64,000 nucleotides of DNA from a virus. Shown here piece by piece: positions 9,354 to 19,583 of this stretch. Positions within the stretch are counted from its first letter, which is position 1; every line of letters begins with the position of its first letter. The position numbers and the translations under genes were made by a program. Location of the stretch: UHGV virus genome UHGV-0020835; one strand, written 5' to 3'. The notes below the pieces were generated by a model. It worked only from the letters and a program-made list of their open reading frames with translations. It did not search any database and had not been told where the DNA came from.

Positions 9354-10097
9354 ATGAGTAATGTTAGAGTTGATTACACCGGACAAAAATTTAACCACTT
9401 AACGATTCTTGGTGACGCAGAAAGCAGGGTTACTAAATCTGGTCTAAAAATTAGGCGAGTTAATGCAATTTGTGATTGTGGCTCTACGGCAATTTATTCT
9501 TATGATTTAGGAGAAATTATTTACGGGAATACAAAAGGTTGTAAAGAATGCAGAGCGAAAAGGCAAGGTATAGATAAAAAACTTCCATTTAATCAATATA
9601 AGATTGACGGCGATAAAGTTTATATTTATCATGATACTATTCCTGATTTTTATACAATTATTGATTTGAAATGGTTAGCGTATTTTAAGAATTACCATCT
9701 TGGGTGTACGCCAAATGTACCAGAAGATAGTTATTGGTATATTATGCAAAACGGCAAGCGAAAAAAATTGCATCAAATAATTTGCGGCTTTAGGGCTGAC
9801 CATATAGACGGGGATAAAAATAACAATCAAGAAAGTAATTTACGCAAGTGTACCCATCAAGAAAATAATCTTAATCGTAGAGGGAATTATAATAATAAAG
9901 TTGGGTATAAAGGGGTCACAACTTGCAGCTATCTAAAAAAGAAAAAATATCGCGCCAAAATTGAATATTCTGGTAAACAATATAATTTAGGATACTATGA
10001 GAAACCCGAAGATGCGGCGAGAGCTTATGACCGTAAAGCAATAGAACTCTTCGGAGAATTTGCTTGGACAAACTTCCCAAGGAGCGATTATGAATAA
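9354..10097 (+). CDS. free-standing HNH homing endonuclease with AP2 DNA-binding domain
   Basis: HNH motif HIDGDKNNNQESNLRKCTHQENN. The C-terminal AP2-like segment is YKGVT...YRAKIEYSGKQYNLGYYEKPEDAARAYDRKAIELFG. Confidence 0.6.
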   Translation: MSNVRVDYTGQKFNHLTILGDAESRVTKSGLKIRRVNAICDCGSTAIYSYDLGEIIYGNTKGCKECRAKRQGIDKKLPFNQYKIDGDKVYIYHDTIPDFYTIIDLKWLAYFKNYHLGCTPNVPEDSYWYIMQNGKRKKLHQIICGFRADHIDGDKNNNQESNLRKCTHQENNLNRRGNYNNKVGYKGVTTCSYLKKKKYRAKIEYSGKQYNLGYYEKPEDAARAYDRKAIELFGEFAWTNFPRSDYE

Positions 10098-11181
10098 AAT
10101 CAACGTAAAGCTCTTAAAGAAAAATTTAACTATTGCTCATCACAAGCAAATTATGCAAGCCCTTAATATTCCGGCTTTTAGTGAAAACAAAGAGCAAATT
10201 ATTTATTTCACAGGGGACAAAAATAAAGACGCTTTACAAGGGTCGCCCAAACTTTATTTTTATAAAGATACTCAAATATATTTTAGTTACACTTCATCAA
10301 GAGCATACGATATCATTTCCCTTGTCCAAACCCGCCTAAATCTGCTTGGTCAATCTTGCTCATTCATTGACGCTTGTAATTGGATTCTTGAGAAAACTGG
10401 CCTCGACCCAACCAAAATAGCCAAGCCTCTTACAAACACCCATGTTTATGATTGGTCTGAACTTGAGAGGTTTGTTAGAGTTAGAAAGTATGGTAATCAA
10501 CTACCTGAATATAATCGCAATATCATTGACACTCTACCCCCATTATACCCCCAAGCATGGATAGATAAGGGTATAAGTGAAGAAACAATGGCCAAATATC
10601 AGATACGATATTATGAGCGCTGTAACCAGACTGTGATACCATGTTTTGACGATAAAGCGAGGTTGATTGGGGTTAGAGTTAGGAATTGGGATAAGGATAG
10701 AGTTGAACAGGCTAAATATATGCCGTTGATTACATTGGATGGACAATGTTATAAGTTCAATACCAATCAAGTGTTTTATGGGATTAACTATAATAAGCCA
10801 ATGATTGAGCAAACTGGTGAGGTTTGGTTAGGCGAGTCAGAGAAGTTCGTTCTCAAGTTAGATGGATGGTTCGGCCCTAAGTCATGTGCGCTTGCTATGT
10901 ATGGTCATCAACTTGGTATGCAACGTAGAAACCAACTAATCAAGATGGGCGTTAAACGAGTGGTATATGTGCCGGATTGTGACTTCATTGGTCAAGACGA
11001 TGCTTTCTTTGAGGAATGGTGCAAGTCTGTAAGACGGCTATGCGATATGTTTAAGGGGTGTTGTCAGGTAGATATAGTGTGGGATGATAGTGGCGAGCTG
11101 TTGGGGTCGAAAGAAAACGCAACTGATAGAGATAAAGAAACATGGGATAAATTATGGGAGAGTAGAGAAAAATATCTATAA
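10090..11181 (+). CDS. DnaG-like DNA primase (Toprim domain, degenerate zinc finger)
   Basis: Toprim Glu motif VWLGESEKF and DxD motif VPDCDFIGQDD. The N-terminal region resembles a primase zinc-binding region but lacks the Cys ligands. The start is the second ATG, preceded by AAGGAGCG. Confidence 0.45.
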   Translation: MNKINVKLLKKNLTIAHHKQIMQALNIPAFSENKEQIIYFTGDKNKDALQGSPKLYFYKDTQIYFSYTSSRAYDIISLVQTRLNLLGQSCSFIDACNWILEKTGLDPTKIAKPLTNTHVYDWSELERFVRVRKYGNQLPEYNRNIIDTLPPLYPQAWIDKGISEETMAKYQIRYYERCNQTVIPCFDDKARLIGVRVRNWDKDRVEQAKYMPLITLDGQCYKFNTNQVFYGINYNKPMIEQTGEVWLGESEKFVLKLDGWFGPKSCALAMYGHQLGMQRRNQLIKMGVKRVVYVPDCDFIGQDDAFFEEWCKSVRRLCDMFKGCCQVDIVWDDSGELLGSKENATDRDKETWDKLWESREKYL

Positions 11182-11186
11182 AACCC

Positions 11187-11215
11187 TTGACAAAAGCCTT
11201 TTGGTGTGGTATTAT
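11187..11215 (+). promoter_or_regulatory. sigmaA-type promoter (TTGACA-N17-TGgTATTAT) bracketed by an inverted repeat
   Basis: Consensus -35 and extended -10. Inverted-repeat arms caaaagcctttt (about 11190-11201) and caaaaggctttg (about 11223-11234) flank the -10. Confidence 0.5.
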
Positions 11216-11257
11216 CATTACATCAAAAGGCTTTGCCTGTTATGAGGAGGAAATAAT

Positions 11258-11458
11258 ATGAAAAAAGTAACTGGTTGTATTGATGTTCGTGCATTGGGAC
11301 ATTATGATTGGGAGTTTTATGTGGAAGATGATGTTACTGATGAAGAAATTAAAGAAAAAGTAGACGAAATTTGCAATTATTATATTGACTATAATGTAGA
11401 AGAAGGTTACGAAGTTTATACTGAAACTCGTTATCGTAAGAAAGGAAGTCGATTTTAA
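11258..11458 (+). CDS. hypothetical protein
   Basis: 66-aa acidic ORF with a GAGGAGG RBS. Confidence 0.4.
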   Translation: MKKVTGCIDVRALGHYDWEFYVEDDVTDEEIKEKVDEICNYYIDYNVEEGYEVYTETRYRKKGSRF

Positions 11459-11898
11459 TGTACGAACAGTATACTGATAAGCAGATTGTTGAGATGTTGA
11501 AGCCCAAATTAATTAAAATTTTAGGCGATGGTATGTGGGATACCGCACTTGAACATTCAGAGGGAGGCAGAAACTTGATTAAGCTAATTGTCACTATCTA
11601 CCGTTCAGCCTATATTCGTGGCCAGCTTGGCCGGAGTTTTATTATTGATGAGCCTAAGCAGACTGAACATTGGGTTCCTGCAACCAAAGATAACGTTAAG
11701 GCTGGTAGTAAGGTTAGAATGATTAAAGGGGTAGCCCATAAAAATAATCCTCTGTGGTATCCTGATGCTGGAATAGTAGGAACTGTAACAGAGGTTTGGT
11801 TTCCTAACTATCTTATCCAATGGCCAAAAGGAACTACAAGTGAAACAGATAAATGGTGTTGTGACAATACTCGCCTTGAGGTACTACTATGCGAGTAA
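11458..11898 (+). CDS. hypothetical protein
   Basis: 146-aa ORF, translationally coupled to its neighbours. Confidence 0.4.
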   Translation: MYEQYTDKQIVEMLKPKLIKILGDGMWDTALEHSEGGRNLIKLIVTIYRSAYIRGQLGRSFIIDEPKQTEHWVPATKDNVKAGSKVRMIKGVAHKNNPLWYPDAGIVGTVTEVWFPNYLIQWPKGTTSETDKWCCDNTRLEVLLCE

Positions 11899-12099
11899 AA
11901 CCACTACTATCTAAAATCAACCCTTCTACGTTTATTGAGGACTATCTACAAGCCCATGGTATTGAGCAAACCGCCCTACACCTAAACCCAGAAGAAGGAT
12001 GCTTAGACAATTCTCGATTCTATCCTAACATGAGCAAAGGGGCTGAATTACTGAAGCAAGCAGCTGATGATGATTGGAAAATTGGCTTGCTGGTGGATT
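11889..12099 (+). CDS. recJ: RecJ-like DHH phosphoesterase, exon 1
   Basis: The ORF ends ...KIGLLVD-stop. Splicing after the U at about 12099 and before nt 13124 gives LLVDFDCDGMCSA, which matches DHH motif I as in RecJ (GDFDADG). Confidence 0.5.
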
Positions 12100-13123
12100 G
12101 AATAGTCAATAGTCCACCTTAAAAGAGATAAACTGCGGGGAACTCCTTAGAGCCTTAATAACCAAGCATATATAGGGATATATATGTGGCGTTCAGTAAC
12201 GGGAACGGTACGGTAACATCATTAAGGATTGGACAATCAAACGCAACGACACCTCAAGTATCGGAATGAGGGACGCTCAACGACTATAACCTCTGAAAAT
12301 TGTATAGTCTAAACCCAAATTGTTGTTTAATTTCACAAGAAAGGAGGTGTAAATATGCCAAGTTATAAAGCAAATTTTAATTATTTTGACAAAATTGATA
12401 CGCCTGATAAAGCATATTGGTTAGGATTCATTTGGGCTGATGGTTATATTGCCAAAAGAGAACGTAAACAACTTAACGGTTGTGTGCGAATTGAATATAA
12501 TTTGAAACTGGCGTTGCAAGAGAGCGATGCTTCTCATGTACAGAAATTTTTGGATTGTATAGAAAGTAATTACCCAGTTCATTTTTATCAATCAAACGGC
12601 TTTAATAAAAAGTCGAGATTAGAAGCAAGAGCTTTTGTTACTAATCTTCATTTATGTTCTTTATTATATGAAGATTATGGTATTGTGCCAAGACGCTATG
12701 ATATTTCTTTGGTTATTAAGGTAATACCAAAAGAATATGAAAAATATTTTATTCTTGGCATTTTTGACGCTGATGGTAGTTTTGTTGCTTACCAAGGAGC
12801 TTATGGCCAAAAGATGAATATAACATTTGGTGGCAGCGAATCTCTATTGCATTTTATAGAGAGTCATTTAACAACAAATGAAATTATCTTAAAAGCCGAT
12901 ACTGGGTCTGGGCAACGAAAATTGCATCAACGACATGAAGGCAAAGACGGCACTTGGAGGACTTTGAATTTTGCTGGTAAACAGCAATGTATGAAGATTA
13001 TAAATTATCTTTATAAGGATTCTCCAATTTATCTTAACCGCAAATATCAAAAATATTTGGATTTGCCATATCATAATTAAACAACAATTTGTTAAAGTAT
13101 GCCGAAAGGCAGGGTATAATTGG
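12100..13123 (+). mobile_element. group I intron (about 1.0 kb) interrupting the recJ-like gene
   Basis: It contains a complete LAGLIDADG endonuclease ORF. Excising it restores a conserved DHH motif in frame. The 5' exon ends in U and the intron ends in G. The 12102-12354 region is noncoding and structured. Confidence 0.5.
12355..13080 (+). CDS. LAGLIDADG homing endonuclease (intron-encoded)
   Basis: Two LAGLIDADG motifs, YWLGFIWADGYI and ILGIFDADGSF, with its own AAGGAGG RBS. Confidence 0.7.
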   Translation: MPSYKANFNYFDKIDTPDKAYWLGFIWADGYIAKRERKQLNGCVRIEYNLKLALQESDASHVQKFLDCIESNYPVHFYQSNGFNKKSRLEARAFVTNLHLCSLLYEDYGIVPRRYDISLVIKVIPKEYEKYFILGIFDADGSFVAYQGAYGQKMNITFGGSESLLHFIESHLTTNEIILKADTGSGQRKLHQRHEGKDGTWRTLNFAGKQQCMKIINYLYKDSPIYLNRKYQKYLDLPYHN

Positions 13124-14562
13124 TTGACTGTGATGGTATGTGTTCTGCGACCATTGTTCGTCAGTTCCTTAATACACAATACAACATTGACCCTATTATC
13201 TACATCCGCAAGGGCAAGGCTCATGGCCTAAGAAAGTCAGCCTCAGATGATGTCGTACCCAAGATTATTGAGGATGGATGTCAACTACTAATTGTACCAG
13301 ATGCCGGGTCGAATGATGTTAATGAGTGTCAAGACCTACTAATGCACAGATGTCATACCTTGGTTTTAGACCATCATAAGATTGAGGTTGATAACCCTTG
13401 GGCTGTTGTTATCAATCATCACTTAGGCGAAGGGTTGAATATGGCTCTGTCTGGTACAGGTGTAACGGCTAAGTTTATTGAGTATTACTGTCAGAAATAT
13501 GGCTTGTTTATCCCCTATATAGATGACCTTGTGGCCATGTCTATTATCTCTGATAGTTGTGACCTAACATCCTTAGAGAACAGATATTATGTCCATAACG
13601 GCTTACACAACGTCCAGAATCCCCTAATCCAAGCCATGTTGCCCTCAGCAGTTAAGCGTTATGGCCTAACGCCTACTGGTTACAGTTGGGCTATGATTCC
13701 GTTAATCAACGCTATATGTCGCAAAGAAGAGACAGATGAAAAGCATAAATTGTTTGATGCTTTTAGTGGCCATGGCGATATTGAATCTGCTCTAAAGATG
13801 TGCCGTTCAGCTCACCGCCTACAAACAGAAACGGTGAAACAGGCCGTAGAGGATGTTGAGCCTACTCTTGACCTTGACCATAAAGTGATTATTGGATTTT
13901 GCGATAGTGGGCTGGCTAACCAAATTGGCCTGATTGCTAATAAGTTCCAAGGCAAATACAATAAGCCCACTATCCTACTGCGTCAAGCAAGCTCTACAAC
14001 ATGGTCTGGTAGTCTAAGAAGCCCCGTGGATTTAACTGATGTGGTTAATGAGTCTGGTTTAGCTAAGGCTATGGGACATAATCAAGCTGCTGGTGTGTTG
14101 GTTCGCAAGTCTAATCTTAATCGTCTGATTGCTTATCTTGATGAGGCTGATTTCCCGCTTGAGCCTGAGATTGATGTAGCCGGGTATATCGCCCCTCAGC
14201 AAATCAATAATAAGCTTTGCAAGGCTTGCGAGGATAATGCTGAGTTGTGGGGTCAGGGGCTTAGAGAACCCACCTTCTACATCAACGCCGAGATTGACGA
14301 GACCAATGTACAGGTCTTTGAAAAGCGCACTACAACAGTAAAAATTACAGTAAATGGCGTTGATTTTCTGCTATTTATGGCCACACCTGAACAAGTAGAC
14401 AAGTTGACACAAAAGGGCAAAAAAAGCCTATCTTTGATTGTAACTTTGTCTACGAACGAATGGAATGGCGTGGTTAAGCCTCAAGGTAAAATTAAGCAGT
14501 TTGAGGTTGGTGAGGTTGAGGATAAGGGTGAAAGTAAAGAAAGCTGGATGGATGATTTTTGA
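13124..14562 (+). CDS. recJ: RecJ-like DHH phosphoesterase, exon 2
   Basis: Carries the rest of motif I (DCDGMCSA), LIVPDAGSND, and the DHH motif itself (LVLDHHK). The DHHA1-like C-terminal part has GHNQAAG. Confidence 0.6.
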
Positions 14563-15074
14563 TAAAAGAAAATATTTATATTTTTAAAAAAGATTACGGC
14601 GTTTGTTATACCAATAATAATCTTGAATATTTTATATTCGATTTAGAAGACTATGAATTGATTTCTGAAAGAATTTGGACGAGAAACAAACAAGGATATT
14701 TTATTTCAAAATACAGAACACATAAAAATCAAATTTTACTTCATAGACTAATTATGGGAAGCCCAAAAGGAATGGATATTGACCACATAAATGGAGACAA
14801 AAAAGATAATCGAAGGTTAAATTTACGAATTACAACGCGTCAACAAAATTCTTTTAATAAACACCCAATAAATAAAATTATGGGCGTATATTATGAAGCA
14901 GATAGAAATAAATGGTGTGCAATGCTTTATATAAAAGACAAAGGAACTTTTAGAAAAAGATTTGCAACACAAGAAGAGGCAATTAAATATAGATTACAAT
15001 GTGAATTACAATTTTTTGGAGAAGATTTTGCACCGCAAAGGCATTTATTTAAACAATATAATATAGGAGCGTAA
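14559..15074 (+). CDS. free-standing HNH homing endonuclease with AP2-like domain
   Basis: HNH motif DIDHINGDKKDNRRLNLRITTRQQN and an AP2-like segment GVYYEADRNKWCAMLYI...FATQEEAIKYR. Confidence 0.55.
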   Translation: MIKENIYIFKKDYGVCYTNNNLEYFIFDLEDYELISERIWTRNKQGYFISKYRTHKNQILLHRLIMGSPKGMDIDHINGDKKDNRRLNLRITTRQQNSFNKHPINKIMGVYYEADRNKWCAMLYIKDKGTFRKRFATQEEAIKYRLQCELQFFGEDFAPQRHLFKQYNIGA

Positions 15075-15109
15075 GATATGTAGAATTATGATAAGTTATT
15101 TCAAATCAC

Positions 15110-15138
15110 TTGACAACCATAATTAAATATGTTACAAT
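15110..15138 (+). promoter_or_regulatory. sigmaA-type promoter (TTGACA-N17-TGtTACAAT) for dnaE
   Basis: Consensus -35, 17-nt spacer, and extended -10. Confidence 0.55.
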
Positions 15139-15139
15139 T

Positions 15140-15171
15140 AAACCGTGGAGAAATCTACGGTTTAATTTTTA
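15140..15171 (+). promoter_or_regulatory. leader stem-loop with U-run (possible attenuator) between promoter and dnaE
   Basis: aaaccgt-ggagaaatct-acggttt followed by aattttt, located between the predicted TSS and the GGGAGGGG RBS. Confidence 0.3.
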
Positions 15172-15191
15172 GGATTGGGAGGGGATTTTAA

Positions 15192-18100
15192 TTGGTTAAT
15201 ACTTATACATCATTACACGTTCACTCCGAATATTCTTCTGCGTTACTTGGTTTTACTGATTCTATCATTCATATCAAAGACGCTTTGAATTGGTGTTATG
15301 AACACGGATTAAGGGGCATGAGTCTTAGCGACCATGAAGGATGTTCTGGCTTCGTTGAAATGGAACAAGCTGTTGGTAGGATGAATCTTGAACGGCCTTT
15401 TCAACATATCTTTGCCAATGAGATTTATTTGCTATCAGAGCAAGAAAACGAATTAAAAAATGACCCAATCAAGCGTCCATATTATTGGCACTTTTTGCTT
15501 AATTGCCTTGATGAAGAAGGCGTTCATATGTTGTATGAACTTTCTTCAAGAGCGTGGTTAAGGAGCTATGTATATCGAGGTTTAAGGCGTAGACCCACGT
15601 TTTATAGTGACATTAAAGAAATTATCGGGCAAAATCAAGGACACATTGTCGGTTCTACTGCTTGCTTGGGTGGGTACTTACCTCACCTTATTCTTAATAA
15701 TAACGAGGCTAAAGCCAAAGAATTTATTCAATGGGGCGTTAAGACTTTTGGTAAAGACAACTTTTTCCTTGAGTGCCAACCGTGCCTTGAAAACAACGAT
15801 GAACAAATAAAGGTAAATAAAGCATTATGGCAGCTACATGAAAAACTAAATGTGCCGATTATTGTAACTACGGACGCTCATTATCTTGAGGCTAAAGACA
15901 GACTAATTCACAAAGCCTATCTTGCAAGTAAGGATGGTGGTGATACAAGAGAAGCCGATTCTTTCTATATGACAGCCCATTTGTTTTCGCCTTTTGAATT
16001 AAGAGAAGCATTGCACGTTTGTTTTGACAATGAACAGATTGACGTAATGTTCCAGACAACAAACGAAATTGCTGATAGAGTACAACCGTTTAGCCTTAAA
16101 AAGACTACACAAGTCCCTGCGTTGCCTTCTTTACCTGAATTCAAGATTGCTCATAAATACAAGTGTTATTACCCTAAGTATGAATTTATCAATTATTTTG
16201 CCAATTCTAAAGACCCTTATGAACAATACTATTATTATCAGGTTGAAAAAGGGTTAATCAAGCACGAAGCTACGCATAAAATTGACTTAGACAAATATCT
16301 AAACCAAATCAACACCGAAATGGAACAGGTCAAGGGCCTTGGTGACATCTTCGACCATCAACGGATGTGTGATTATTTCACAGTCGTTCAGAAGGTTATT
16401 GATTTGATTTGGTCCGAAGGCGACAGTCTTGTGGGGATTGGGCGTGGTTCAGCTGGATGCTATGTGACTAATTTTTTATTGGGTATTACTGGCATTGACC
16501 CACAAAGAGAAGAATTGATTGAGTTTTATCCTTGGTGGCGTTTTTGTTCTACGGCACGGTCTGATAGTATTTTTGATATTGATATTGATATTGAGAGCTT
16601 TCAGAAAGAGAAGATTATCAAGGCTATTAAAGAATATTTTGGTGAACGTAGGGTATGCCAAGTTGTGACGTGGGGAAAATTATCAGCCAGAACAGCCATT
16701 GAACGTGCTTGCCGTGGTATGGGCATTTCAATGGATGTAGCCGGGTATTTACGCTCTTTAGTTCCTGTCAAGCGTGGCGCTATTTATTCTTTGAATGACT
16801 GTTTGTATGGTAACGAAAAGAAAGGCCGTTTTAAAGTTCCCGGCTTTGCCAATGAGCTAAATAAATATCCAGGCCTGCTTGATACGGCTTTAGCTTTTGA
16901 GGGCCTAATTATTTCGTCTGGTGTCCATGCGGGAGCTTTGGATGTGCTTAAAAGCGATTTTGTTGATACGGGGCCGATGATGATATCAAATAATGGGGCA
17001 GTAATTTGTCAATACGACCTCCATCACGGGGAATATTGCGGCCAACTCAAACTGGATTTATTATCTATTGACGCTTTGTGTTGTATTCGTAGCTGCCTTA
17101 ACCTATTATTGAACAATAAAAAAATTGAATGGCAAGGTTCATTAAGAAAAACTTATAACCATTACTTGCGATATGATGTACTTGAACAAGACGATAAAAA
17201 GATGTGGGATTTATTGCCTACGATGGTTAATGCTTTCCAGTATGATACCAGAGCGGGCAAAGAAGCCTTAAGAAAAATAGGTGCACAAAACCTCACTGAG
17301 CTTACTCTTGCAAACGGGCTTATGCGACTTGCTGTGTCCGAAGGTGAACAGCCTATGGATAAATATGTTCGTTATCGCAAGGATATCAATGAATGGTATA
17401 AGGACATGGCAGATTATGGCATTCCTGAAAATGAGCAGGATATACTAAAAAAATTATTAAAATCTTACAGCGGACTTATGATTGCGCAGGCTACTACAAT
17501 GTCTGTGCTTATGGACAAACGAGTATGTGGGTTTACATTGAAAGAGGCAGACAAAGCAAGAAAAGCAATAAGTAAGAAAAATGCCGAAGCATTAAAAGAA
17601 ACAGAAGAACGCTTATATCGTAAGGGTGCGGAGTGCGGTCGTAGCAAGGCTTTTCTTGATTATTTGTGGAATGTACAAATAGAAATGTCCAAATCTTACG
17701 CCTTCGACTTTAGCCATTCGCATGAATATTCTACCGAGTGTTTACAAGAACTCAACCTATATTATAAGTTCCCAAAAGTCTACTGGAATACCGCTGTAAT
17801 TACAACCCAAGCACAGATTGAAGATGAACGTGAAGGTAGCGCTGTAACCATTAACTATGGAAAGATAGCACAGTCCATTTACAAAGCCAAAAGTAATGGT
17901 ATTATTGTTAAAGCTCCCTCCATCAACAGCTCAGGTCTGGCCTTTACGCCAAGAGAAAAAGATGGGTCTATTCTATTTGGTCTCGGCGCTATCTCAGGTA
18001 TTAACAACGATGCAACAAGTCAAATTCTCTCCAACCGCCCTTATACATCCTTTACTGACTTCTACAATAAAAACGCCTACAAAGGCTCACTTGTCACTAA

Positions 18101-19115
18101 ATCCAAGTTCATCCAACTAATCAAGGCCGGATGTTTTGATGAGTTTGAACCTGACAGACGTATTATAATGAGACAATATTTCACCCTATCCATGCTTAAC
18201 GTCACATCTCTTGCTATGAACAACATAGGCCAAATCAAGGCTGCAAGAGTACCTATTCCTAAGTCTATCATTGGTTCATACAACTTTAGAAAGTATGTAT
18301 GTAATAAGCAATTTAAGTACGGAAACCACCCTAAGTTTAAGTCTAAGACTTTATACTGGTTAGACCAAAAAGCCCTAAAATACTTTGAAAATCATTGTAA
18401 AAGTTCTATGGTTGAGGGCGTAGATTATTGGTTTGAAGATGATAGATGGATTGTTGTGGATAAGAGCCTTGAAAAGTTGCTTGCCCCGTCTATTGAAACA
18501 CTAAAAGATTATATCAACACGCCTGAGTTCTTAGATAAGTTTAACAAGGCCAGAGCCAAACAGGCCATGATTGAGAGTGTAGACGGGTTGGATGTGAATA
18601 AGTGGGCGTTTTCTTCTATTAGTTTTTACCCAGATGAACATGAATTAGCTCATATTGATAGAGAACGCTATAACATTAGTTTGTTCAACGAATTACCAGA
18701 AGAACCTAAGTTTATTACAAAGTCTTATGGTAAACGAGAGTGGAAACAATTCGCTTTGGCTCAAATCGCTTGCACAGTAATCGACAAAAATGATAACCAC
18801 CATATGTTAACCGTACTTGACATAGGTAATAATGTTGTTCAATGTAAATTCAACGCCGAAGTTTATAGTTTTTATAAAGCGCAATTGTCTGAAACTGACA
18901 GTGGTGGTAATAAAATTGTTATGGATAAGCCTTGGTTTAGGCGTGGGCAAACGCTAATTCTAACTGGTGTAAGAATGGGTGCCGATGATTTTAAAGTTAA
19001 GTCTTATAAAAATTCTATTTACAATTATAAAGTCTTGCGTGTGGATTCTATCAACAATGAAACTGGTGAAGTTGAAATTACAAGCTATCGTTATAGACAG
19101 GAGGACGAAACATGA
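15192..19115 (+). CDS. dnaE: DNA polymerase III alpha subunit (DnaE-type, PHP domain)
   Basis: N-terminal PHP motif LHVHSEYS, and the 1307-aa length is typical of a Pol III alpha subunit. TTG start with a strong RBS. Confidence 0.75.
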   Translation: MVNTYTSLHVHSEYSSALLGFTDSIIHIKDALNWCYEHGLRGMSLSDHEGCSGFVEMEQAVGRMNLERPFQHIFANEIYLLSEQENELKNDPIKRPYYWHFLLNCLDEEGVHMLYELSSRAWLRSYVYRGLRRRPTFYSDIKEIIGQNQGHIVGSTACLGGYLPHLILNNNEAKAKEFIQWGVKTFGKDNFFLECQPCLENNDEQIKVNKALWQLHEKLNVPIIVTTDAHYLEAKDRLIHKAYLASKDGGDTREADSFYMTAHLFSPFELREALHVCFDNEQIDVMFQTTNEIADRVQPFSLKKTTQVPALPSLPEFKIAHKYKCYYPKYEFINYFANSKDPYEQYYYYQVEKGLIKHEATHKIDLDKYLNQINTEMEQVKGLGDIFDHQRMCDYFTVVQKVIDLIWSEGDSLVGIGRGSAGCYVTNFLLGITGIDPQREELIEFYPWWRFCSTARSDSIFDIDIDIESFQKEKIIKAIKEYFGERRVCQVVTWGKLSARTAIERACRGMGISMDVAGYLRSLVPVKRGAIYSLNDCLYGNEKKGRFKVPGFANELNKYPGLLDTALAFEGLIISSGVHAGALDVLKSDFVDTGPMMISNNGAVICQYDLHHGEYCGQLKLDLLSIDALCCIRSCLNLLLNNKKIEWQGSLRKTYNHYLRYDVLEQDDKKMWDLLPTMVNAFQYDTRAGKEALRKIGAQNLTELTLANGLMRLAVSEGEQPMDKYVRYRKDINEWYKDMADYGIPENEQDILKKLLKSYSGLMIAQATTMSVLMDKRVCGFTLKEADKARKAISKKNAEALKETEERLYRKGAECGRSKAFLDYLWNVQIEMSKSYAFDFSHSHEYSTECLQELNLYYKFPKVYWNTAVITTQAQIEDEREGSAVTINYGKIAQSIYKAKSNGIIVKAPSINSSGLAFTPREKDGSILFGLGAISGINNDATSQILSNRPYTSFTDFYNKNAYKGSLVTKSKFIQLIKAGCFDEFEPDRRIIMRQYFTLSMLNVTSLAMNNIGQIKAARVPIPKSIIGSYNFRKYVCNKQFKYGNHPKFKSKTLYWLDQKALKYFENHCKSSMVEGVDYWFEDDRWIVVDKSLEKLLAPSIETLKDYINTPEFLDKFNKARAKQAMIESVDGLDVNKWAFSSISFYPDEHELAHIDRERYNISLFNELPEEPKFITKSYGKREWKQFALAQIACTVIDKNDNHHMLTVLDIGNNVVQCKFNAEVYSFYKAQLSETDSGGNKIVMDKPWFRRGQTLILTGVRMGADDFKVKSYKNSIYNYKVLRVDSINNETGEVEITSYRYRQEDET

Positions 19116-19567
19116 CAGATAAAACCACAAAATCAATGTTTTCTTCTGCAACCGAAGAATGGGGAACACCCCCCGATTTGTTTGATAAATTAAATCAAAC
19201 CTATCATTTTACATTGGATGCAGCCGCGTCTCCGGAGAATTTCAAATGTGAAAAATATTATTCCAAAGCGAATAGCGGTCTAACCCATTCTTGGAAAGGT
19301 GAAGTTGTTTTTTGTAACCCGCCATATGGCAGAGAGATTAAAAAGTGGGTGCAAAAATGTTGGGAAGAGTGCTTTTACAATGGTACAAAGATTGTACTGT
19401 TGGTGCCAGCTCGGACAGATACAAACTGGTTCCATGATTTTATTTACACAAGAACCCACAACAACATTCGTTATGAATTTATTAAAGGGCGGCTAAAATT
19501 TATCCAACAAGGGGAAATAAAAAATAGCGCTCCGTTCCCTTCTATGTTGGTTTATTATAATTTATAA
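19112..19567 (+). CDS. DNA N6-adenine methyltransferase (phage Dam-like)
   Basis: FCNPPYG, an NPPY-type catalytic motif. Size and layout match the phage Dam family. Confidence 0.6.
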   Translation: MTDKTTKSMFSSATEEWGTPPDLFDKLNQTYHFTLDAAASPENFKCEKYYSKANSGLTHSWKGEVVFCNPPYGREIKKWVQKCWEECFYNGTKIVLLVPARTDTNWFHDFIYTRTHNNIRYEFIKGRLKFIQQGEIKNSAPFPSMLVYYNL

Positions 19568-19583
19568 AAAAGGAGAAGTTTAT

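Noticed and set aside
16556-16600. gatatt tandem repeat (tgatattgatattgatattgag)
   Set aside because: It is an in-frame DIDIDIE coding microsatellite inside dnaE, not a regulatory or CRISPR-like repeat.
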